The notes under the pieces: model-generated | The model's input: the letters and a program-made list of their open reading frames with translations, nothing else | Told to the model about the DNA's origin: nothing | The model's database searches: none | Made by a program: the position numbers and the translations under genes | Source: a phage | Sequence record: NC_104726.1 | Direction: 5' to 3' (one strand) | DNA: 64,000 nucleotides | Part shown: piece after piece, positions 36,958-46,604 of the stretch | How positions within the stretch are numbered: position 1 is the first letter of the stretch | Layout: the number at the start of each line of letters is the position of its first letter

Positions 36958-37278
36958 ATGCAAATTGAAATCACTGGCAACAATGTAGAAATCACAGAAG
37001 GTATGGTATCTTTTATTTCCCGCAAAATGTCCAAGCTGGAGCGTTTACATCCCTCTGTTAACTATGCACGTGTGAGTGTAAAAGTTGAAAATGATCACCA
37101 GGAAGTTATGGCGTTCATTTTTGACAATTCTGGAAAAGAAGTTATTGCCAAGGCTAAAGGCAGTGATGCTTACGAGGCAACTGACCGTATGGTAGATGTT
37201 GCAGCACGTCAGCTGGCTAAATGCGGTGGAAAGAAAGGTAAGGGGAAAGGCAAAGTAAAGATTGACTTTGGAGAATGA
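36958..37278 (+). CDS. hpf: ribosome hibernation promoting factor / ribosome-associated inhibitor (HPF/YfiA family)
   Basis: MQIEITGNNVEITEG...KAKGSDAYEATDRMVDVAARQLAK closely parallels E. coli HPF MQLNITGNNVEITEA...AEGQDMYAAIDGLIDKLARQLTK. Confidence 0.85.
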   Translation: MQIEITGNNVEITEGMVSFISRKMSKLERLHPSVNYARVSVKVENDHQEVMAFIFDNSGKEVIAKAKGSDAYEATDRMVDVAARQLAKCGGKKGKGKGKVKIDFGE

Positions 37279-37415
37279 GGTGCTACAATGGGTGTGATTA
37301 AGAAATTAGTCCCAAATGTAGAGATTGCATGCTTTGAAATTATGTTTGCAATCGCAGTTGTAGTTAATGTGTTAGGTTACGGCTATTAATATCAAATAAT
37401 TGAGGAGACCTCTAA

Positions 37416-37685
37416 ATGAAAATTAAATTATTCCAAACTGAGCTGGCAGACAAAAATTGTGGACTGGTTGAAGGCATGATTGTTGAAGCACAACCAGTGG
37501 ACTATATGAAGGTGGTTCGTGATGCCCTAGGTGAAGGTTTTGATCTGATGGAGCCAGCTCTGCGAGAAGATGTTATCGAGATGGCTAAAAAGCACACACC
37601 TGAAGGTTTGGTGGTGTTTGTTGCACCGGGTAACGGAGAAGAGTTGATTGTAACTCCTGATGTGTATGAGATTGTAGAGGAATAA
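37416..37685 (+). CDS. small acidic protein, paralogue family A
   Basis: MKIKLFQ...VVFVAPGNGEELIVTPDVYEIVEE. Confidence 0.5.
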   Translation: MKIKLFQTELADKNCGLVEGMIVEAQPVDYMKVVRDALGEGFDLMEPALREDVIEMAKKHTPEGLVVFVAPGNGEELIVTPDVYEIVEE

Positions 37686-37776
37686 TCCTGCTTGGATTAG
37701 CATACTTCCTCGCTAAGGAAGATTTGTAATTATTTGTGGGAAAGGAGTCCCAATCTCTTACCAGAGGTGATACTAT

Positions 37777-38040
37777 ATGATTGTTTATTTTAAAACTTCA
37801 GGTGGATACCCTGATTCTCAAAGCTTGATCGGAAAAACGTGCACAGCATACTCACCTCTTGATGAGGAGGTAAGCGATATTTTACGAAATATGTATCGGA
37901 TTGACCCCCAAGAAGCCTTTGATCAAAACCTTGTATTTGTCAAGGGCTCAGATATGAAGTCTTTGGGAGCATTCCCTGAAGCAGATGATGATGCCGTTTA
38001 TTCGTTCATGACTCCTTTTGAAGCTATGGTTGTTGGGTGA
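37777..38040 (+). CDS. small acidic protein, paralogue family A
   Basis: LVFVKGSDMKSLGA...EAMVVG. Confidence 0.5.
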   Translation: MIVYFKTSGGYPDSQSLIGKTCTAYSPLDEEVSDILRNMYRIDPQEAFDQNLVFVKGSDMKSLGAFPEADDDAVYSFMTPFEAMVVG

Positions 38041-38044
38041 TAAT

Positions 38045-38377
38045 ATGAAAGTACGCTTTATTGGTGAAACAATTCCTGTGCATCTCCGGTCGCCTGAGGA
38101 TTCTGCAGATCTTGCATCTCAAAAGGCGAGAGGTTATGATAAGAAAGTAACCTCAACCGATGTAGTGCTTGAGGCTACTAGTCTACCTGACCCTGCTGCA
38201 TTCTTTAATCATTATGGGTACTATTTCAGCAATCTGATGAATATCGGTGAGCTTGTGTTTATTAGTGGTGGAGAAATTGTTAGCAAGCTTGGCGGCGATC
38301 CGGATATCTTTCATGAAACCTGTCCTTTTGCATTTGTGGTAGGTTCAGATGTGGAAGTTATTGAGGAGGTGCGGTAA
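38045..38377 (+). CDS. small acidic protein, paralogue family A
   Basis: MKVRFIG...LVFISGGEIVSKLGG...DVEVIEEV; start at internal ATG. Confidence 0.5.
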   Translation: MKVRFIGETIPVHLRSPEDSADLASQKARGYDKKVTSTDVVLEATSLPDPAAFFNHYGYYFSNLMNIGELVFISGGEIVSKLGGDPDIFHETCPFAFVVGSDVEVIEEVR

Positions 38378-38772
38378 TGGTAAGCCTATACCGTGTTGAG
38401 TATAGCTCAGATACTGTATACAACGTAAGAAGCAAAGATCGCAGCGACAGAGTGCAAGAAATGTATGTTCTTGCCGACAGTCCGTTATCTGCAGCGTTCA
38501 AGGCAGGGGCTCTTGCATCTCGTTGGAAATTTGAAGGTGGATCTTTCTATGAAGAAACCCTTGAAGATTCTGTTGTTATTTCTTCTGTAGAGGTTTCAGA
38601 TGACTACGAAGGGAAAAAGTTCGTAATGCGGCACCCACACAGCAACATTGCGTACTACTGGGATGTTCTGAACAACGAGTGGACCCCAGATCTTCAGAAG
38701 GCTACTGTGCTAACACCGTTTTTGGCAGATAAGTTCCCACCAGAAGGTAATTTATCCGCACTGTTTCAGTAA
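38377..38772 (+). CDS. hypothetical protein, paralogue family B
   Basis: Shares the HP-x-S...YW...W-TP block with the ORF at 36167. Confidence 0.5.
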   Translation: MVSLYRVEYSSDTVYNVRSKDRSDRVQEMYVLADSPLSAAFKAGALASRWKFEGGSFYEETLEDSVVISSVEVSDDYEGKKFVMRHPHSNIAYYWDVLNNEWTPDLQKATVLTPFLADKFPPEGNLSALFQ

Positions 38773-38790
38773 TTTTCTTGCACACAGGTG

Positions 38791-38819
38791 TTGACAACGC
38801 CAACCCTGTGTGAAATAAT
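38791..38819 (+). promoter_or_regulatory. sigma70-type promoter (TTGACA-17-AATAAT)
   Basis: Read directly: ttgacaacgccaaccctgtgtgaaataat. Confidence 0.45.
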
Positions 38820-38851
38820 ACCTTCATCTTAACAAGACAGGGGACCGATTG

Positions 38852-39109
38852 ATGAAGATTAAATTGAAAAACCTTGAAACGGCAGAGATTCAGGACGGTG
38901 TTGATTTCCGTTCTAAAGATGGTGACATCTTAGAGGTAAATATTCCAACCTACGAGCTGATTAAAGGTTTTGGCAACGTTCCGGAAGAGGATATTACAGA
39001 AATTCTTATGATGTTGATTCTTGACGGAACTGTGTTTGTAGGTGAAGGTGAGAACGCTATTGCAATCCCAGGCCATTTTTATGAAGTAGTTGACGAAGAG
39101 GTGCTGTAA
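38852..39109 (+). CDS. small acidic protein, paralogue family A
   Basis: MKIKLKNL...TVFVGEGENAIAIPGHFYEVVDEEV. Confidence 0.5.
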   Translation: MKIKLKNLETAEIQDGVDFRSKDGDILEVNIPTYELIKGFGNVPEEDITEILMMLILDGTVFVGEGENAIAIPGHFYEVVDEEVL

Positions 39110-39460
39110 ATGAAAGTAGAAATTACCGGTTTTGATGTGAATGTGGTTCCGGAAGATATTTTAGCTAAACTTCCAGAAGGTTTTGGTAACGGCGTTGTGG
39201 TGGATGCTGTTCCTCCTACCAAAGACATTCTGCTGCAGTATGGTGTAGCAGAGGAAGATGTCGATAAAGTTCTTACAATGATGGCAATCGATCGTGTTGT
39301 CGTTGTTAAAGGTCTCGATAATTTTGAGAGTGATCCCCTGATTATTCGTGGAGATGACTACAAAATCATCGATAATGAAGGCCAAGAGTTCTATGAACCT
39401 TGTGCAGAAGATATTCTTAACTTATTACTGGAAGCAGGTACCGAAGAGGAGGACGAATAA
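39110..39460 (+). CDS. small acidic protein, paralogue family A
   Basis: MKVEITGFD...VVVVKGLD...; highly acidic C-terminus. Confidence 0.5.
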   Translation: MKVEITGFDVNVVPEDILAKLPEGFGNGVVVDAVPPTKDILLQYGVAEEDVDKVLTMMAIDRVVVVKGLDNFESDPLIIRGDDYKIIDNEGQEFYEPCAEDILNLLLEAGTEEEDE

Positions 39461-39789
39461 TGAAGATTGACCCGTTACTGAAGGCTCGTGCAGAAAAAGC
39501 GTACACCATTAAGCTGACCAACCTGGTTCCTACTTGTCATCCAGATGTAGGTTGGCCTGAAGGTCTGGTAGAGGGGACTGTAACAGCTGCATACCTCCCT
39601 AACATCAAATACCTTATGGAAATCTTGGAGCTGGATGAGGAAACGGCAGAAGAGTTACAGTTGGACATGAAACAAAGTGGGACTCTGGTTATTCACGGGT
39701 GGTATAATACTAAAGACGCAGAAGACCCTCTTGTAACTTCTAATCTGGCATATGAAATCTTAGGACCTTTGAACCTGGGGGAAGACTAA
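39460..39789 (+). CDS. small acidic protein, paralogue family A
   Basis: MKIDPLL...LVIHG...YEILGPL; ATGA overlap. Confidence 0.5.
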   Translation: MKIDPLLKARAEKAYTIKLTNLVPTCHPDVGWPEGLVEGTVTAAYLPNIKYLMEILELDEETAEELQLDMKQSGTLVIHGWYNTKDAEDPLVTSNLAYEILGPLNLGED

Positions 39790-40076
39790 TGAAAGATCTG
39801 GTTAAGATTAAGATTAAAGATACCAACGGCGAACTCAGCCATTTTGGAATTAATGATGGTGACGAGCTGATCGCACACCTGCCTACCAAGGAAGTTGTAA
39901 GCAAAGCAGTTGCCGGAGAAGAAGATGCAATGCAGGCTGCAGGTGTGGATGAAAACTATGTAGCCATGTGCATGTGCCGAGACCAGGTTGTTCTGTATAA
40001 AGCGTATCGACCAAACGGAGCCACGGAGTGGCTTGTATTCCGACCCGAAGGATATGAAATCTTAGAGGCACTATGA
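39789..40076 (+). CDS. small acidic protein, paralogue family A
   Basis: MKDLVKIKIKD...PEGYEILEAL; ATGA overlap. Confidence 0.5.
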   Translation: MKDLVKIKIKDTNGELSHFGINDGDELIAHLPTKEVVSKAVAGEEDAMQAAGVDENYVAMCMCRDQVVLYKAYRPNGATEWLVFRPEGYEILEAL

Positions 40077-40165
40077 TAAATCTTGCCAAGGTTGCAACGG
40101 CACTGTTAATTATTTGCTGGTCAGTAACCTTAACACTGTGTCTTGTATTTCGGTAAGGTGCTTAT

Positions 40166-40429
40166 ATGAACATCCTGATGTGGGTTGTAGCAGTGGCGTT
40201 TGTTGCATGTTTTTGCTGCTGGGTTGCGGTGAGGATTTCTGTAGCTACCCTTCGGAAGTTGGGGTTCTCAGAGTGGGATATTAATATCCTTTCTTTTCGC
40301 AATGAAACAATCTCAGCCGCCCTGCTCTGTAAGAAATTCAAGTGGGAACCTTGCGAGGTCATGAACTATCTAAGAACGGGAGATATCCCTGAAAGATTTA
40401 AAAAAGTTCTTGACGACAAGGATAAATGA
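40166..40429 (+). CDS. hypothetical membrane-anchored protein (87 aa)
   Basis: N-terminal hydrophobic segment ILMWVVAVAFVACFCCWVAV. Confidence 0.45.
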   Translation: MNILMWVVAVAFVACFCCWVAVRISVATLRKLGFSEWDINILSFRNETISAALLCKKFKWEPCEVMNYLRTGDIPERFKKVLDDKDK

Positions 40430-40457
40430 TAGTATAGTGACTAACAAGAGGTGAGGA

Positions 40458-40598
40458 ATGACTGATTTTACTGAAGCTTTAATGATGGCCTTGTCTGTTT
40501 TAGCGCTATCGGTGTGTTTTGGGGCGTTATTCACATCTCTGGTTAAAGTTTTACATACAGTATTATTACCCAAGGAGCGCAGTAATGACGAAGATTGA
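40458..40598 (+). CDS. small membrane peptide (46 aa)
   Basis: AAGAGGTGAGGA SD 3 nt upstream of ATG; hydrophobic core; not in ORF track (under 60 aa). Confidence 0.4.
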   Translation: MTDFTEALMMALSVLALSVCFGALFTSLVKVLHTVLLPKERSNDED

Positions 40599-40836
40599 CT
40601 TAAATGCTGGAGACCATGTTGTTGTCAAATGCATCGGAGATTATCTTGGATTCACAATCGGCAATACTTACGAGGCGGTAGTGGCGAAGGTTTACCATGA
40701 TAAAGTCCTCAGTCTTGTATTTGACTGCGATGATGATGGGGATGACCGATACGTCTGTGAGGTGCTGGCACGAGACGATAGTGAAGACCAGAAATTCCTG
40801 GTTATTGAACTGAACGGTATTTTTGTAGAACGTTAA
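40585..40836 (+). CDS. hypothetical acidic protein
   Basis: ATG after AAGGAGCGCAGTA; overlaps upstream peptide gene. Confidence 0.45.
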   Translation: MTKIDLNAGDHVVVKCIGDYLGFTIGNTYEAVVAKVYHDKVLSLVFDCDDDGDDRYVCEVLARDDSEDQKFLVIELNGIFVER

Positions 40837-40864
40837 TTTAAAACAACATAAGGAGACTCTCACT

Positions 40865-41170
40865 ATGGCTAAATCTAAAGTTGAACTGTTCACCTCTCTT
40901 CCTTCTGACACTGCAGAGCGTGATCGCCTTCGCAAAACAATCGAAGAACTGGTAGAACTCCAACTTCAGATTAAAGATCTGAAAGATGCCATTAAGGATA
41001 TCATTCTCGTTGAGAAGCAGGATCACCTGTATTCTCCTAAATTCATCAAATCTCTGGTGGCTACCGAGTTCGATATTCGCTATGAGGCTGAAAAACGTCG
41101 CGCTAAAATCGAAGAAGAGGTTGAGCACATGTCTGAGGCAGACATTCTGTTCAAACGCTCTGTAGAATAA
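40865..41170 (+). CDS. hypothetical coiled-coil protein (101 aa)
   Basis: AAGGAGACTCTCACT SD; heptad-like charged sequence. Confidence 0.5.
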   Translation: MAKSKVELFTSLPSDTAERDRLRKTIEELVELQLQIKDLKDAIKDIILVEKQDHLYSPKFIKSLVATEFDIRYEAEKRRAKIEEEVEHMSEADILFKRSVE

Positions 41171-41176
41171 TGACAA

Positions 41177-41203
41177 AGAGGGGGGCTTGGGCCCCTCTTT
41201 TTA
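41177..41203 (+). terminator. rho-independent terminator
   Basis: agaggggggcttgggcccctct followed by ttttt. Confidence 0.6.
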
Positions 41204-41225
41204 CTATCTATGAAGGAGATTTGAG

Positions 41226-41552
41226 ATGGGTATACCGATTACTGTAAAAGAGCTAAATGAACGTGATGCAGGTGGTCTATGGCCTGCACGAAAAATCCGC
41301 TGCGTCTATATGAAAGAGAATCTTGAACATCTTGATCAACAGATAAAGGTCGGCGATATTTTCGAGGTCTTCTATTCCAATCGGCGCAACTGGGAAACCA
41401 TTCAGCCTTCTGGTTTTGTTCTTGCCAAACTTGACACTGGAGAAGTGATTATCCCTGGGTTGGATATTGTCTTCGAAATTATCCAAGAGTGGGATCCGGA
41501 TAAGATTAGATACGAAGAATTATTCGGTAAAGGTATTATCAAACCTGTGTGA
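41226..41552 (+). CDS. hypothetical protein (108 aa)
   Basis: ORF with GAAGGAGA SD. Confidence 0.5.
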   Translation: MGIPITVKELNERDAGGLWPARKIRCVYMKENLEHLDQQIKVGDIFEVFYSNRRNWETIQPSGFVLAKLDTGEVIIPGLDIVFEIIQEWDPDKIRYEELFGKGIIKPV

Positions 41553-41863
41553 GGTGGATTATGTCTACAAAGGCGGCTAAATACTCCTATATGCCATCAA
41601 CCTCTGCAGAGGTAGACTTTAGTTTCGATGTGTTTCCACTGTTTGAGGTGATTCTGGCATACCCAACAATACTATCTACTCCTGAATCACTTGTACCTGT
41701 TAAGTTGCAGAACGCTATGCATTCTATGCACTACAACAATAATAAATGTAGGCACAGATGGTGTCAGGACGAGGAAAAAGATTTGGATAGTTTGAGGGAT
41801 TTTGACAGTCACCTTTTGACACCTTTCAGCTACTCCAACCTTGATAAGCCCTCATGGGTATAG
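41549..41863 (+). CDS. hypothetical protein (104 aa)
   Basis: ORF, ATGA-type overlap. Confidence 0.45.
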   Translation: MRWIMSTKAAKYSYMPSTSAEVDFSFDVFPLFEVILAYPTILSTPESLVPVKLQNAMHSMHYNNNKCRHRWCQDEEKDLDSLRDFDSHLLTPFSYSNLDKPSWV

Positions 41864-41887
41864 CAAAATATCAAATTTAAGACACCT

Positions 41888-41914
41888 AGGACGCTCTGTG
41901 GCGTCCTTTTCTTT
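41888..41914 (+). terminator. rho-independent terminator
   Basis: aggacgc-tctgtg-gcgtcct followed by tttcttt. Confidence 0.55.
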
Positions 41915-42076
41915 ATCTGGTGCACGATTGCATACCTTGGACAGATAATCTCGTTACAGAGCGTTTAAGAGCTTTCTACAAACAAGTCTCTCTTTCGAGC
42001 GTAGCGAGAACGCACGTCCGTTTTGACCAAAATCACCATACGCTCGGATTTTAACCAAACCCTCGCGGCGTTTCTG

Positions 42077-42105
42077 TTGACACATTGCCGCTCCAGTGAT
42101 AGTAT
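42077..42105 (+). promoter_or_regulatory. sigma70-type promoter (TTGACA-17-TAGTAT)
   Basis: Read directly: ttgacacattgccgctccagtgatagtat. Confidence 0.55.
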
Positions 42106-42223
42106 CCACACATCGTTTGGAGAATATGGGATACACAATGAAAACATTGTCAGAGGTTTTGGTGGTGATCCTGATGATCATTACGTCCATAGTGGCTGTT
42201 GCCGGAATACTCACGGGTGGAAC

Positions 42224-42436
42224 ATGATCAACACACATGCATCTGAAGAGACATCCGAAGGAGTGACCATATGTCCCTTGGATGAGCCAGTTAAAGAGGA
42301 AAACTTAGATTCTGAGGACTATTCATCTTCGTCCCAGACAGATCCTGAGGCTGATGACCTAACGTGGGAAGACATCGTAGACATCTGGTTCTCCATTATG
42401 CCTGAGCACGAAGAGTTCAGAGGTGGTAGACTATGA
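42224..42436 (+). CDS. hypothetical acidic protein
   Basis: Internal ATG of track ORF 42023-42436, downstream of the promoter; preceded by a 33-aa hydrophobic peptide ORF (about 42126-42227) overlapping by ATGA. Confidence 0.35.
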   Translation: MINTHASEETSEGVTICPLDEPVKEENLDSEDYSSSSQTDPEADDLTWEDIVDIWFSIMPEHEEFRGGRL

Positions 42437-42556
42437 AGCACCGAGCCCACACAGGTTCCTCATGCTAAAGCATGGCCTGAAGAGGCAAACGTGCATAATT
42501 CCTGTGCATTGTGACGTATAAAACCCGTTCACACTCTCATTTCCAGAGGAGATTTC

Positions 42557-42772
42557 ATGAAGATAGAAATATTTGGTGGAGCTGACAACACTCGTGGCCT
42601 GATTTACCTTGAATTCGATGAATCATACCTGCCAGAGGTGTTAAATATAGGCTCTGTTGCTGAGGCTTTGGGAGTAAACCCTAAAGAACTCCACTCTTGT
42701 GCTGAGATCGATGGTTGGGAAGAGACCATGAACATTGATTTCAGTGAAGTAGAGGATGAACCGCTTGACTGA
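42557..42772 (+). CDS. hypothetical acidic protein (71 aa)
   Basis: AGAGGAG SD; last plus-strand gene before the non-coding region. Confidence 0.5.
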   Translation: MKIEIFGGADNTRGLIYLEFDESYLPEVLNIGSVAEALGVNPKELHSCAEIDGWEETMNIDFSEVEDEPLD

Positions 42773-44235
42773 CACACAATTAGCTGCCCGGCTAAAGTGC
42801 TGGAAGCACCTATAACACATCTTTCAACTAAATTTCCTACCACCACAATCACTTACCTCCCACACATGACTGTTTGCTTGTTTAGTGAGCAGTCATGCCT
42901 TGACATTCTTGCCTATCCTGATAAAATTAAGTTCTTCTCTTTTCTTTTACCGAGTAATTCGGGTTTTCTGTTCTCTTCGGTTTGAAGGGGTATGGAGATA
43001 CACCTGAGTGAACAGGGTGAACAACCGAACATTTGGCTATGGCATTAGCATGGCGAAGCGGACGGGTGACGAAAGAGGGGCCGGAGGACACCAGTCACTG
43101 CCATATGATATATGGGTGATAACCTGAAGAGTCTGAATAAGTGTTTAAGTACCAGTCAGAGGAAAAGGTGAATGGTAGCCGAAGGGGGAGGGGGGTTTCT
43201 TGTATCTTTAATTTGTATATTATGTATACACTCGTAAACCAATCTCATCTGAATCTGTTTACCACACAAAGTAGATAGGGACAAATATCACCTATTAAAC
43301 TTGAATTATTTATAGAAAATACCACAACACCACTTAAGTCTTTGATTTTACACACAAATCCTACAGATATTCAACCTCTATATTTAACATATTCATAACA
43401 TATTCCATACTCTACCTGTCTGATCAATTTACCCAACCACATCCTCCATATTTTCCCTGTCTGTACTACCCCTGCCCCGCCGGGAGTCCCGTCATATCTG
43501 GCTTTCCAGCAAATATCACACCCACAAATATCATTACCTGAAGAGGGTTTCATCCCATAATACCTGCCTTACCTGAAGAGCGCTTCATATACCCCGTAAA
43601 TTTTTTAATTGACCCCCTCCCCGCCGCCGGAGGGGTCGGCTTTTCCCACACAGGCCTGAAGAGTCAGCCAGAAATATCTGAACAGGTCCAGTTATACCAC
43701 GATTTTGACCTGACCGACAGGAGTGCTGCCAGGCGGACGAAATGGGAATCATTCTCATTCTTATAACAATTCTCAAATATCGAGGCAGTGAGGCAAATTA
43801 ATAGGTGAGGCCGTTCACACAATGGCACAACATTTGCAACCTATCTTGTGGGAGTGAATGAGAATACCTATCATTGTGAGAATAGTTATCATTACGGGCA
43901 ATTTAACATAATACCCATTATGCGCACCACTGGCGATCCATACAGGGATTGATAACATGAGTTACCGTTTACGCACATAACAATTATATTTCTTACTATT
44001 TGTGTGGGATATAGTTAGCAGCCAATAGATTAGATATTAACCTGCGGACTTCTGACCGTCCAGACGTCTAAACGCCCACACAACAAGGGTTATACATACA
44101 CAACTGAATGTAAACAGGGCCGCAAAAATGCTACCATACCAGTTTGTAAATTTTCATGCAGCACTTGACAAAGAGGAGAAAAACTTGTCTGACACCTTAT
44201 ACACTTTCGACACAATAACGACTGTTATTATTTCA

Positions 44236-44315
44236 TGTTTCACTGTTCACGTATAGATTGTTCCCGCATAGACTGTTTACGCCTGGATAGTTTACACCTT
44301 AACTGTTTACACAGA
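44236..44315. repeat. iteron-like direct repeats of (C)TGTTTAC-type motif
   Basis: ctgttcac, ttgttccc, ctgtttac, tagtttac, ctgtttac spaced about 11-14 bp apart. Confidence 0.45.
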
Positions 44316-44384
44316 TAGGATAAGCCATGACATTCGTTTGCATGAAAACAATTAGCAAGTTAACAATTAACAAGTTAATAATAT

Positions 44385-44580
44385 ATGACATAATATAAAA
44401 GCAGGGCAACTATTAGCAGATCTATAGTTGCCTTGCTTGTTATGTCATGATTAACTGAATACAAGGCAACTATGATCTGATTAATAGATTGCAGACAAAC
44501 TATCACGGGGGTGATGGTTACTGCTTTTATATTATGTCGCGACTCCGTCGCGCCATGCCATTCGTTTGCATAGTTGCCTT
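44385..44580. repeat. nested inverted/direct repeat structure (18-bp perfect inverted repeat flanking GGCAACTAT repeats)
   Basis: gacataatataaaagcag at about 44387 and its reverse complement at about 44521; ggcaactat four times in both orientations; ccattcgtttgcat direct repeat. Confidence 0.55.
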
Positions 44581-45185
44581 ATTGTTACGAATAAAACAAT
44601 TGCATTGTTAATGATTTCTTATCTTTCTCTTAGTCATCTAATGATTACAGTCAGTATAGTTATGTACAGTAAACATTAGACGACTAAAGATTTCTCTGTT
44701 TATTATAACTTACCATTACAATTTCGGACTGTTTACCAAGAATGTTGACACATAAGCTGATTTATGTTATGCAGTTTACACGAATAATTATTTTATGCAG
44801 GTATTGACTATTCCGTTATTCTATGGTTGGAATAAATACTTAGCAGACTATAGAATGGTGAGCGTACGTAAATTCTGAGATCTGGCGGCTATAGTTATAC
44901 TCGATTTTTCACGTAGAACACGCTTTTGTGGTTGTGTAAGTGTATGACTTATAAAGATTTTTAGTTGTTGACAAGACACTGAAGATATGCATCAGGTTAA
45001 ATTTTGTGCAATAGCTGCATTACGTGCACTTTTGGGAGAGAAAACGGGTAAAAATGGGCCTGCTACCACACAATGAAAGATTATGCAATAGTTATTTTCC
45101 ATGTATATTTGTACAGTATGTGGAATTGATGGCTAGTCAATTATTCCACTTGCCAGGTAGGGCCGTTTATGGTAGGAGAAGAGCA

Positions 45186-45215
45186 GACAAAAAGAAAGGG
45201 GCCTTTAAGCCCCTT
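45186..45215 (-). terminator. rho-independent terminator (minus strand)
   Basis: aaggggc-cttta-gcccctt hairpin; on minus strand followed by tctttttgtc; just downstream of the stop at 45234. Confidence 0.6.
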
Positions 45216-45233
45216 GATAATTCAGTTAAGAAA

Positions 45234-45653
45234 TTATAATGATTCGTATATTTCAAAAATCCGATTTGCCAGGTCGTTACGGTAGCGGAATTTTTCCTCA
45301 CGTTTGATCATCAGATCTTTAAAGCCATATTCTTTAAGCACTTCATTAACTTTATGGCGGCATACCTTCATATTATCTTGAGCGTCACCAATAAACTTGT
45401 TGCTGTGGTGCATTGCTTTAATTTCTTCTTCCAGGACCAGGGCAACCACCCGGACCGGATCAAGCTGGTAGGCGGTAACATCGATGCGGCATTGTAGACG
45501 GCTTTTAACGTCTGCCACCGGATATACTGCAACCTCTTCCCCGTCAACATTGACAATAACTAGTTTACCATCGATTTCGAATCCTTTCGCCGCCGGACCG
45601 TGACAAAAAGCGTTATCAAAGCTATATGCCGGATTATTAGATTTAATGTTCAT
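45234..45653 (-). CDS. hypothetical protein (139 aa)
   Basis: ORF with SD on minus strand. Confidence 0.5.
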   Translation of the reverse strand: MNIKSNNPAYSFDNAFCHGPAAKGFEIDGKLVIVNVDGEEVAVYPVADVKSRLQCRIDVTAYQLDPVRVVALVLEEEIKAMHHSNKFIGDAQDNMKVCRHKVNEVLKEYGFKDLMIKREEKFRYRNDLANRIFEIYESL

Positions 45654-45797
45654 GGTGTTTTTACCTCTTAGTTAATTTTCTTACAACTTCCCTTCAAAAA
45701 GAATATAGCAAAACTGCCGATCCTTGTCAACCAAGGATAGCATAATTTTTATGTGATCAAGGGGCTTTATTGCCCCCTGATCGTGCAACTTGTTGTA

Positions 45798-46061
45798 TTA
45801 TTTGTTGCTCATCCAGTTTTCCCAGGCTGCCTGATAATCTGCCTCACTGCGGCGGATCTCTTCTTGCTCTTCAAGTCGGATCTCTTCTTCCAGGTACCCC
45901 AGTATATCGGCTTTTTTGGTCTGGCGTAACATCCAATCATCTTTTTTACGGGTAAAGATCTTATATGCTTTCTCGCAAACCTCTTTTTTGCTACCTTTTT
46001 GGACTTCAAGAACTTTGTAGGCCATGTACTGAACTAGTTTGAGCTGATCAAGACGTTTCAT
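45798..46061 (-). CDS. hypothetical protein (87 aa)
   Basis: AGAGG SD upstream of ATG at 46061. Confidence 0.5.
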   Translation of the reverse strand: MKRLDQLKLVQYMAYKVLEVQKGSKKEVCEKAYKIFTRKKDDWMLRQTKKADILGYLEEEIRLEEQEEIRRSEADYQAAWENWMSNK

Positions 46062-46121
46062 GATGTTTACCTCTTTATGCGGTTCTGATTAGTGGGCCTT
46101 TTGGCCCGTGTCATTATCTTA

Positions 46122-46394
46122 TTACTTATGGCGGCAGAATTCAAGCGTTTTTAATTGATAATCTTCCTCAGCCTGGAGTACGACCGCCTCGATCATTTCG
46201 TTGGCATTGTTAAAGCCATAACCTTTAGCGAAATCATCCGCGCCACCTTCGTGATCATGTTCTGCGTTCATCGCTTCCACAAAATGGAATTCAAGATTAT
46301 TGAGGTAAGGGCTTGATGTTCCGTCCTCTTTTTCGATGAGATCCCAAATAGCATTAAAACGTGATTCGACTTCTTGATTAATCCAGCTTGACAT
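46122..46394 (-). CDS. hypothetical acidic protein (90 aa)
   Basis: GGGAGGAAAA SD; leader hairpin upstream. Confidence 0.5.
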   Translation of the reverse strand: MSSWINQEVESRFNAIWDLIEKEDGTSSPYLNNLEFHFVEAMNAEHDHEGGADDFAKGYGFNNANEMIEAVVLQAEEDYQLKTLEFCRHK

Positions 46395-46604
46395 AATGTT
46401 TTCCTCCCTTCTGGTTGTTGTGTGGGCACTTTTGCCCCTTCAAGATAATGTTACCCCACCCCCTGGCAGATGTCAACGGTTTTTATAGTTCTTATATGAT
46501 AGGCAGGCCCGGTGATTGTCTCCCCCCGTCGCCAGGTGCCTGCCGTGTAATAAGTATAACAAAAAACAGGACCATTGCAAGCCCTGTTTTGTAGTTTATA
46601 AATA

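Noticed and set aside
42023-42436. Single 137-aa ORF as given in the track
   Set aside because: Its 5' part overlaps the upstream terminator and a TTGACA-17-TAGTAT promoter; the region is better explained by a 33-aa hydrophobic peptide ORF (about 42126-42227) coupled to a 70-aa acidic ORF (42224-42436).
43371-43776. Two short minus-strand ORFs (60 and 63 aa) in the large non-coding region
   Set aside because: No SD, pyrimidine-tract-driven frames with Pro/Gly/Arg-rich translations; the region is repeat-rich and most likely non-coding.
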